A stretch of 64,000 nucleotides of DNA. It comes from an uncultured Clostridia bacterium. Its GTDB lineage: Bacteria; Bacillota; Clostridia; UMGS1883; UMGS1540. The stretch lies in the NCBI GenBank assembly GCA_937966555.1, contig CALCLY010000031.1:1869-65868 (forward strand), given 5' to 3'. Positions 57,248-64,000 of the stretch are shown here, in pieces (the first letter of the stretch is position 1; the number at the start of each line of letters is the position of its first letter). The position numbers were made by a program, and so were the translations under genes. Under the pieces are notes generated by a model that was not told where the DNA came from, made no database searches, and worked only from the letters and a program-made list of their open reading frames with translations.

Positions 57248-57838
57248 TTAATTGCCAAGATAAGAAGTCGAAATTACGTCTGCAAACAGCCCTGTAAAGG
57301 TTTGTCTTCCGAGTCTCCAATTGTAAAATTTTTTATAAAACATTACTTTGTTCACGTATTTTCGGGTTTCGGCAAACGGAATATCGTGCAAATTCTCTCC
57401 GTCTTTTGAAAAATTTTCATCAGACAGCCATTTATCCACATTTCCATGACCGGCATTGTACGCGGCTACGGCATTTTTTTCATTACCGCATTTTTCAAGA
57501 AGATACGAAATGTAAAAAGCTCCGATTTTAATATTATCCTCCGGATCAAACAAATCATATTCATCTATGCCGGCTTTATTTGCGCACCATTCAGCCGTAT
57601 CATCCATTATCTGCATAAGTCCTTTTGCACCTTTTGACGACTCAGCATTTTTATTAAAATTACTTTCCGCCTTAATAACCGCAAAAAGAAGCGCTTTGTC
57701 TACATCGTACTCTTTTGAATACTTCTCGACAAAAAGATTGTAATTATAAGGAAAATACCATTCTATAATGCGCGGTATGTATGATATAATTGCCGCTATC
57801 AGGGCTATGAACAAAACAAATTTAAATAATTTTTTCAT
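57248..57838 (-). CDS. Lytic transglycosylase (SLT domain) with N-terminal membrane anchor
   Basis: AVIKAESNFNKNAESSKGAKGLMQIM...AYNAGHGNVDKW SLT catalytic motifs; signal anchor MKKLFKFVLFIALIAAIISYI. Confidence 0.8.
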   Translation of the reverse strand: MKKLFKFVLFIALIAAIISYIPRIIEWYFPYNYNLFVEKYSKEYDVDKALLFAVIKAESNFNKNAESSKGAKGLMQIMDDTAEWCANKAGIDEYDLFDPEDNIKIGAFYISYLLEKCGNEKNAVAAYNAGHGNVDKWLSDENFSKDGENLHDIPFAETRKYVNKVMFYKKFYNWRLGRQTFTGLFADVISTSYLGN

Positions 57839-58409
57839 CTATACACCATTTTTTTACTTTATTTTCAACTTCGCTGATATCGCCGTCATTTATGAATACT
57901 TCGTCAGCAATTTTTATATAGTAGTCTTCATCATTCTGGGACGATATTCTGCTTTTTGCCTGCTCTACGGATATTCCGTCTCTCTCACAAATACGCTTTA
58001 CACGCACATCGGGCGGCGCTGTTATAAGCAGCACTTTATCGCACTTTATAAACCCGTCGGGAGGCAAAGGCGCGTCAAATACTATCGCACCATCAGCGCT
58101 TTCCGCATATTGCATAAGTTCTTTTTTAATATATTTGTGAGTGATCGCATTTAATACATGAAGTTTTTCGGTATCCGAAAAAACAGCTTCACCGAGTTTT
58201 CTCCTGTCTATCTCACCGTCGGGCTGCAAAAAACCGTATCCGAATTTTTCTACTGTTTCAAAATATGCCGGTTTCCCCGGTTGCAAAATATCGCGTGCAA
58301 TTTTATCACAGTCAACCACAAATAATCCGAGCGAACGTAAATATGCGGAAACCGTGCTCTTTCCGCTTCCGCTGCCGCCCGTAAGCCAAATCACTTTACT
58401 TTGCATCAT
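57822..58409 (-). CDS. coaE: Dephospho-CoA kinase (ATG 58409 after RBS AGGAG)
   Basis: VIWLTGGSGSGKSTVSAYL P-loop and CoaE fold. Overlaps the polA stop region. Confidence 0.85.
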   Translation of the reverse strand: MMQSKVIWLTGGSGSGKSTVSAYLRSLGLFVVDCDKIARDILQPGKPAYFETVEKFGYGFLQPDGEIDRRKLGEAVFSDTEKLHVLNAITHKYIKKELMQYAESADGAIVFDAPLPPDGFIKCDKVLLITAPPDVRVKRICERDGISVEQAKSRISSQNDEDYYIKIADEVFINDGDISEVENKVKKWCIDEKII

Positions 58410-60900
58410 ACCAACTCCTGCCGTATCCCATATCCACTTTAAGCGGTACGGAAAGAGGAAACGCATTTTCCATTTCTTCTCTTAAAATGTTTTTAACCTC
58501 TTCGAGTTCGCTTTTATGCGCTTCTATAATAAGCTCATCGTGCACCTGCAATATAAGTTTGGACTTCATATTATTCTCGCTTAAACGTCTGTACACATTT
58601 ACCATGGCAAGTTTGATAATGTCTGCCGCCGTACCCTGAATCGGTGCATTAAGCGCCACCCTCTCTCCGAAAGCTTTAACCATATGGTTTGAAGAATTAA
58701 TTTCAGGAATATATCTTCTTCTTCCCAGAAGAGTTTTAACATATCCGTATTTCTTTGCAAAAACAACAATATCCTTCATGTAGCGCGACACGCCGTCAAA
58801 GCTTTTTAAATAGCGCTCTATATACTCTTTTGCTTCTTTTCTTGTTACGCCTATATCCTGAGCCAGAGAAAACTCACCTATTCCGTATACAATTCCGAAA
58901 TTGACCGCCTTTGCGCGTCTGCGCATTTCGTCCGTAACCATGAAATCCGCAACACCGAAAACTTCGGACGCCGTTTTGGTGTGTATATCCACACCGCTTT
59001 TAAATGCTTTCTGCATATTTTTGTCATCAGCCACAGCAGCAAGGACCCTAAGCTCAATCTGCGAATAATCGGCGTCAACCAAAATATAATTATCGTCTCT
59101 GGCAACGAAAACTTTTCGAAATTCTCTTCCCAAATCGGTTCTTACGGGGATATTCTGCAAATTCGGGTTTGTTGAGCTGATTCGTCCCGTAGCAGTAACG
59201 GTTTGGTTAAAACTTGAGTGAATTCTGCCCGTTTTTTCATTTATCACCGTTAAAAGTCCGTCCGCATAAGTTGATTTAAGTTTAGTCAAATGTCTGTATT
59301 CAAGAATTTTTCCGGCTATTTCGTGCTTTGACTTAAGTTTTTCCAATATATCAACATTTGTGGAATAACCGGTCTTTGTCTTCTTGGCAAAAGGAAGCTG
59401 CATTTTTTCAAATAATATTATACCGAGCTGTTTCGGTGAATTTATGTTAAATTCTTCTCCCGCAAGCTCGAATATTTCCGCTTCAAGCTTTTGAGCTCTG
59501 CCGCTTAAAAGCTCTGAAAACCGCTTAAGCATATCGCTGTCTGCCTTAAAGCCTTCTTTCTGCATATCTGCCAGAACGCTTATAAGAGGCAGTTCAATTT
59601 TGTAATAAAGTTCTGACTGTTCATGCGCACGCATTTCATTGTCAAGCGCGGCATGAAGTTCGGGTAAAGCGCATACGGCATTTTCTTCGGTATAATTTTT
59701 ATTTAAAATATCGTTTGTAAGCGCCGATAGAGAAAAATCCGTGCGCTGCGGGTTAATAACATATGCAGCAATAGCCGTGTCAAATGCCAAATTCGAAAGA
59801 TTAATACCTTTTTTACTCAATGCAAGTATTTCGTCCTTTGCATTGTTTGTTATTTTTTTGATTTCTTTGTTCTCAAATATATCTGAAAGTTCGTCTGTTT
59901 TGCTTTGCACAAATTTTTCGCCGCACAAAAACAAAACATCATCGCCCTTTGTCTCAAAATAAAATGTATCGCCTATAAGAGACAAATCCGCATTGCCTGT
60001 CTCAGCCTTTACGGCTATTTCCGCTTTTTCGTCATCTTCGTTTAAATCAAGTTTGTTTAAAAAAGATGTAAATTCAAGACTTTTAAAAAGAGGAACCAAA
60101 TCCTGTGAATACGGTTTTCTCGAAAAATCCTCTATACTGTACGAAATCGGAACATCGCGCACAATTTTTCCGAGTTCACGGCTCATAAAAGCGGACTCGC
60201 GTCCGTTTTCCAATTTAGTCAGAAGGGCGCCTTTCATATCTGAAAGATTTTCATAAACACCGTCAAGAGTTTTATATTTTGATATAAGTGACAGTGCCGT
60301 TTTTTCGCCTATTCCGGCAACACCGGGTATATTGTCGGAGCTGTCTCCCATAAGCCCCTTCACTTCAATAAGCGCTTCGGGTTTTACACCGTATTTTTCA
60401 AAAACCGCTTTGGGGTCATAACACACGGTGTCCGTTTTACCCTGTGCGGTAACTGTCAGCAAAACATTTGTGTTTTCGGAAACAAGCTGCAAATCATCGC
60501 GGTCTCCGGTTAAAATTCTGCATATTATTCCGTTTTCATCGCATATTTTTGAAACGGTTCCTATAAGGTCATCCGCTTCATAACCTTCCTGCTCAATCCA
60601 GCTTATTCCCAAAGCGTCAAGCACATCGTGCAGAACGGGCATTTGCTCCGCAAGCTCCGGCGGCATGCCCTTTCGCTGTGCTTTGTATCCTTCAAATATT
60701 TTATGTCTGAAAGTTTTTGCGCGCATGTCAAAGGCAACAACTGTATAGTCGGTGTTTTCATTCTGCATTGTCTTTGTCATTATATTTAAAAAACCGTAAA
60801 TACCGTTGGTATTAAGACCGCTGCGCGTTGAAAGGTTTCTGATAGCATAAAAAGCTCTGTTTATTATACTGTTTCCGTCTATTATAAGAAGTTTTTTCAT
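58396..60900 (-). CDS. polA: DNA polymerase I
   Basis: 5'-3' exonuclease N-domain (LLIIDGNSIINRAFYA...), polymerase motifs A/B/C (DYSQIELR..., ...RRAKAVNFGIVYG..., QVHDELI); 834 aa. Confidence 0.95.
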   Translation of the reverse strand: MKKLLIIDGNSIINRAFYAIRNLSTRSGLNTNGIYGFLNIMTKTMQNENTDYTVVAFDMRAKTFRHKIFEGYKAQRKGMPPELAEQMPVLHDVLDALGISWIEQEGYEADDLIGTVSKICDENGIICRILTGDRDDLQLVSENTNVLLTVTAQGKTDTVCYDPKAVFEKYGVKPEALIEVKGLMGDSSDNIPGVAGIGEKTALSLISKYKTLDGVYENLSDMKGALLTKLENGRESAFMSRELGKIVRDVPISYSIEDFSRKPYSQDLVPLFKSLEFTSFLNKLDLNEDDEKAEIAVKAETGNADLSLIGDTFYFETKGDDVLFLCGEKFVQSKTDELSDIFENKEIKKITNNAKDEILALSKKGINLSNLAFDTAIAAYVINPQRTDFSLSALTNDILNKNYTEENAVCALPELHAALDNEMRAHEQSELYYKIELPLISVLADMQKEGFKADSDMLKRFSELLSGRAQKLEAEIFELAGEEFNINSPKQLGIILFEKMQLPFAKKTKTGYSTNVDILEKLKSKHEIAGKILEYRHLTKLKSTYADGLLTVINEKTGRIHSSFNQTVTATGRISSTNPNLQNIPVRTDLGREFRKVFVARDDNYILVDADYSQIELRVLAAVADDKNMQKAFKSGVDIHTKTASEVFGVADFMVTDEMRRRAKAVNFGIVYGIGEFSLAQDIGVTRKEAKEYIERYLKSFDGVSRYMKDIVVFAKKYGYVKTLLGRRRYIPEINSSNHMVKAFGERVALNAPIQGTAADIIKLAMVNVYRRLSENNMKSKLILQVHDELIIEAHKSELEEVKNILREEMENAFPLSVPLKVDMGYGRSWYDAK

Positions 60901-61718
60901 TAAACAGTCTCCTTTACGAGAGTCTTTATATTTACGTCAACACGGTTTACATTTATTGCCGTACTGTTATCAACGGCACTTCTCACAGCAGCCATTACAT
61001 CTTTCCCGATATTTTTCAGATTTCTTCCGAGTTTTGCCGCAATATCTATTTTCACGTCAATTCCGTTTTCCTTTTCGCGCACGGAACATGAAATGCACTT
61101 TGCCACATTCTGAACTTTTGAAGCTTCATACATGCATATCTGCACCAAAGCCGCATTTGAAATAATAAACTCGCCCAAATAGCTGAATGTTGGTCTCACA
61201 ACTGTTTTTTCCGAAGGCTTCTGAATAGTTTTTGAAGAACCGGTTATTTTTTTCAGCGCGTCCATCCAGTATCCCGAAAAATCCTTTTTCACCTCAAATG
61301 TCGGTACCGGAATAACATGCTTGCCTTGTTTTCTCCGAATTTCTCTGGCGCGTTTAATTTCTTCTTCCGTTGCAACATCAGTAATTTCTATAAATTCAGA
61401 TACTTTCGGAAGATCAAGCGCACTTGCAATTTTTTCTATCATTGCGTGCGATGTTCCGAGTATCATAATGCTTTCGGGTTTTTCCTTATCTATTGCTTTT
61501 TTTACCTCAGCCGCCTGCCTTTCATCAAAAAAAAGAGCGCACCTGACAGACGCCAGGCGCGTGTGCTCCTTTTTTGCGGAGCGACCGGCAATAACTCGGC
61601 TTGCGGAAATAAGCAATCCGTCGTCAATTATATATTTAATTCCGCGGGCTCCTGCAACTTCAGGTGCTCTGTAGCTCTTACCGCTGCCGCTGATGCCCAC
61701 AAATCCGAATGTTTTCAA
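60900..61718 (-). CDS. Two-domain protein: N-terminal P-loop NTPase-like region (GISGSGKS) fused to a C-terminal Asp23/Gls24-family (alkaline shock protein) domain
   Basis: Walker-A-like FGFVGISGSGKSY at residues 4-16. The C-terminal ~110 aa (GEFIISNAALVQICMYEASKVQNV...VDVNIKTLV) match the Asp23 fold. The stop overlaps the polA start (ATGA). Confidence 0.55.
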   Translation of the reverse strand: MKTFGFVGISGSGKSYRAPEVAGARGIKYIIDDGLLISASRVIAGRSAKKEHTRLASVRCALFFDERQAAEVKKAIDKEKPESIMILGTSHAMIEKIASALDLPKVSEFIEITDVATEEEIKRAREIRRKQGKHVIPVPTFEVKKDFSGYWMDALKKITGSSKTIQKPSEKTVVRPTFSYLGEFIISNAALVQICMYEASKVQNVAKCISCSVREKENGIDVKIDIAAKLGRNLKNIGKDVMAAVRSAVDNSTAINVNRVDVNIKTLVKETV

Positions 61719-61723
61719 TTATT

Positions 61724-62356
61724 TTACCTGCCTTCCGCTATTGCGTGCGACAGCGTCATCAGACTGTCGCTTAAATGAACATTTTCAATTTTTACGCCGT
61801 CGGGAACTTTCAGTTCCTTGTGCGAAAAATTCCAGATTCCGCGGATTCCGAGCGCACAAACCTTATCAGTGATGCTTTGTGCCACATCTTTCGGAATTGT
61901 CAGCACGGCTATATCAGGTGAATACGTTTTGAAAACCTCGTCCATTTCATCAATCGGCATAACGCGGATTCCGTTTATAACATTGCCGCAAACGCCTTTA
62001 TCCTCATCAAAAATGCCGACAAGTTTAAAACCGCGTTTTTCAAATCCGTGATAATTTGCTATCGCATGGCCGAGATTTCCCGCTCCGATTATAACCGTCT
62101 TATGTCCCTTGTCAAGACCGAGTATTTTGCTTATTGTGACGTAAAGCTCGCTGACATTATAACCGTATCCCTGCTGCCCGAAACCGCCGAAACAGTTAAA
62201 GTCCTGCCTTATTTGTGAAGCGGTTACATTCATTCTTTTCGCAAGCTCCATAGAAGAAATTCTATCTTTTCCTTCCGCTTCAAGCTCCGCGAGATACCTA
62301 TAGTATCTCGGGAGTCTTCTTACAACAACCTGTGAAACTTTTTTATTTGTTTCCAT
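61724..62356 (-). CDS. rex: Redox-sensing transcriptional repressor Rex
   Basis: VVRRLPRYYRYLAELEAEGKDRISSMELAKRMNVTASQIRQDFNCFGGFGQQGYGYNV + Rossmann GAGNLG. Confidence 0.9.
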   Translation of the reverse strand: METNKKVSQVVVRRLPRYYRYLAELEAEGKDRISSMELAKRMNVTASQIRQDFNCFGGFGQQGYGYNVSELYVTISKILGLDKGHKTVIIGAGNLGHAIANYHGFEKRGFKLVGIFDEDKGVCGNVINGIRVMPIDEMDEVFKTYSPDIAVLTIPKDVAQSITDKVCALGIRGIWNFSHKELKVPDGVKIENVHLSDSLMTLSHAIAEGR

Positions 62357-62383
62357 TATAGATTAAGTTCCTTTTCTTATAAA

Positions 62384-63544
62384 TTAAAGAGACTTTATAG
62401 TATCCATTATATAATCTGCATATTCGGCAGAGGTTGCGCCGTTGTCTCGTCCTGTCATAACAAGTTTCTTTTCTTCATACATGCAAATATCAAGAGCTCT
62501 TGCAAGTTTATCTGCTTTTTCCTGGTATCCGATATGCGAAAGAAGCATAACCGCAGCTCTTATAATGCTTGAAGGATCGGCATATTTATCTCTGCCTTCG
62601 GCAACCATTCTCGGAGCGCTTCCGTGAATAGCTTCAAACATTGCATATCTCTTACCGAGGTTTGCACTGCCCGCAGTTCCTACGCCGCCCTGAAACTCTG
62701 CCGCTTCGTCCGTGATAATATCACCGTAAAGATTGGGAAGAACAACAACCTGGAAGCCTGTGCGGCGTTTTTCGTCAACCAGTTTTGCCGTCATTATATC
62801 TATATACCAATCGTCGAAATCTATTCCTTCATATTCGGAAGCAACTTTTCCGCATATTTCAAGGAATTTACCGTCGGTTGTCTTTATTACATTAGCTTTT
62901 GTAACACATGTAACTCTTGTTTTGCCGTTTTTCTTTGCATAATCGAAAGCGGCTCTGGCAATTCTTTCCGTACCCTCTGTTGTGGTAACGCAGAAGTCTA
63001 TTGCAAGTTCGTCCGTTACATTTACGCCGTCGCTTCCAACAGCATAAGAACCCTCCGTATTTTCACGGAAGAAAGTCCAATCAATCCCTTTTTCCGGAAC
63101 CTTAACAGGGCGAACATTTGCAAAAAGGTCAAGCTCTTTTCTCATTGCAACATTGGCGCTTTCTATATTCGGCCACGGATCGCCCTTGCGCGGTGTGGTT
63201 GTAGGTCCTTTCAAAATAACATGACACTCTTTAAGTTCCGCAAGAACATCATCCGGAATTGCTTTCATTGCTTTAACTCTGTTTTCGATTGTAAGACCGT
63301 CTATTACTTTAAATTCCACTTTACCGCTTTTAACTTCATCCGCTAAAAGGAATTCAAGTATTCTGTGCGCTTCATGCGTGATTGCCGGGCCGATACCGTC
63401 ACCTCCGGCAACACCGATTATTATTTTCGGGAGATTTTCAAAATCAAGAAAATCCTTCTGCGCTTTTATTCTTTCGTTGCGTTCCATTTGCTTTTCAAGT
63501 ACTTTTGCAAACTTATCGGCAGCAAGTTTTATTGCTTCGTTCAT
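62384..63544 (-). CDS. Isocitrate/isopropylmalate dehydrogenase-family enzyme, most likely NAD(P)-dependent isocitrate dehydrogenase
   Basis: IIIGVAGGDGIGPAITHEA..., GSAPRMVAEGRDKYADPSSIIRAAVMLL; placed downstream of an aconitase-family gene. Confidence 0.75.
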   Translation of the reverse strand: MNEAIKLAADKFAKVLEKQMERNERIKAQKDFLDFENLPKIIIGVAGGDGIGPAITHEAHRILEFLLADEVKSGKVEFKVIDGLTIENRVKAMKAIPDDVLAELKECHVILKGPTTTPRKGDPWPNIESANVAMRKELDLFANVRPVKVPEKGIDWTFFRENTEGSYAVGSDGVNVTDELAIDFCVTTTEGTERIARAAFDYAKKNGKTRVTCVTKANVIKTTDGKFLEICGKVASEYEGIDFDDWYIDIMTAKLVDEKRRTGFQVVVLPNLYGDIITDEAAEFQGGVGTAGSANLGKRYAMFEAIHGSAPRMVAEGRDKYADPSSIIRAAVMLLSHIGYQEKADKLARALDICMYEEKKLVMTGRDNGATSAEYADYIMDTIKSL

Positions 63545-63556
63545 CTTTTTTCTCCT

Positions 63557-64000
63557 TTATCTTTTATTCATAGCTCTCATAAAGTTTATGAGACCGCCTT
63601 CAAGGATAATTTCGCGAAGTCTGTCAGAAAGCGAAATATCCGTTTTAAAATCAAATCCCTTTGTCTTGTTTGTAACCGTAACAACATCCCCGGCTTTAAT
63701 CTGAGCCGCCGCGTCTTTTATAACAAGCTCGTCACCCTCGTCAATTCTGTCATAGTCGCTCTCATTTTGGAAGGTAAGCGGCAATATACCGGAATTTATA
63801 AGATTTGCCATATGTATTCTTGCAAAGCTCTTTGTAATTACGGCGCGCACACCGAGGTACAGAGGAGCAAGAGCAGCATGTTCACGCGATGAACCCTGAC
63901 CGTAGTTTGAGCCGCCCACAATAATTCCGCCGCCGTTTTCTTTAGCTCTCTTCGGGAAATCCGGGTCACAGGGCGTGAGACAGAAATCCGCAAGATGAGG
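63557..64000 (-). CDS. Aconitase-family protein, C-terminal swivel domain (N-terminus lies beyond the window end)
   Basis: GGSNYGQGSSREHAALAPLYLGVRAVITKSFARIHMANLINSGILPL is the aconitase C-terminal domain signature. The frame is open to base 64000. Confidence 0.7.
   Translation of the reverse strand, partial: PHLADFCLTPCDPDFPKRAKENGGGIIVGGSNYGQGSSREHAALAPLYLGVRAVITKSFARIHMANLINSGILPLTFQNESDYDRIDEGDELVIKDAAAQIKAGDVVTVTNKTKGFDFKTDISLSDRLREIILEGGLINFMRAMNKR

Noticed and set aside
1-64000. Mobile elements, integrases, prophage or toxin-antitoxin pairs as the basis of the accessory regions
   Set aside because: No transposase, integrase, recombinase, phage structural or classic TA protein signatures were seen in any frame. 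The accessory islands are bounded by ordinary promoters and terminators rather than repeats.
1-64000. tRNA or rRNA genes in the longer intergenic regions (25156-25393, 34740-35106, 56840-57247)
   Set aside because: No cloverleaf-compatible sequences or rRNA-like conserved stretches were recognised by eye. Those regions are accounted for by promoters, a riboswitch, a small ORF and terminators.

Overview
This 64-kb window looks like chromosomal DNA from a Firmicute (Clostridia-type), with moderate GC, sigma-A promoters of the TTGACA-N17-TATAAT form, and S-layer-homology (SLH) and copper-amine-oxidase-N domains. Dense core blocks: ispE-galU; copZ-copA-csoR; mrp-trmD-rimM-KH-rpsP-ffh-ylxM; rpsF-ssb-rpsR; rplL-rplJ-rplA-rplK-nusG-secE-rpmG; coaE-polA; rex-IDH-aconitase. 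Accessory islands sit between them. (1) An operon downstream of an AraC-family regulator encodes a ceramidase-like hydrolase, an SDR, an aldo-keto reductase and a tandem-duplicated unknown protein. (2) A BlaI-type repressor is followed by a BlaR1-like M56 protease that lacks a sensor domain, then two exported proteins. (3) A convergent two-gene operon on the minus strand encodes two giant surface proteins (~2634 and 2323 aa, ~15 kb); only the second carries C-terminal SLH anchors, an Asn-repeat linker and a large uncharacterised beta-rich region. (4) A 31-codon hydrophobic ORF has its own consensus promoter and terminator just upstream of that operon. (5) A lysine riboswitch (L-box) precedes an NhaC-family transporter. 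(6) A serine-palmitoyltransferase-like alpha-oxoamine synthase is translationally coupled to an SDR and is divergent from an Lrp regulator plus an aminotransferase; this is a candidate sphingoid/aminolipid module. (7) An AdhR-like MerR regulator sits with a palindrome in a 19-bp-spacer promoter driving an Fe-alcohol dehydrogenase. (8) A DeoR-controlled Zn-ADH / E2 / E3 / fused E1-alpha-beta 2-oxoacid (acetoin-type) dehydrogenase cluster. (9) A P-loop + Asp23 fusion ORF lies between polA and rex. No rRNA, tRNA, CRISPR array or transposase was seen. All calls come from reading the sequence and ORF translations by eye; no database searches were run.
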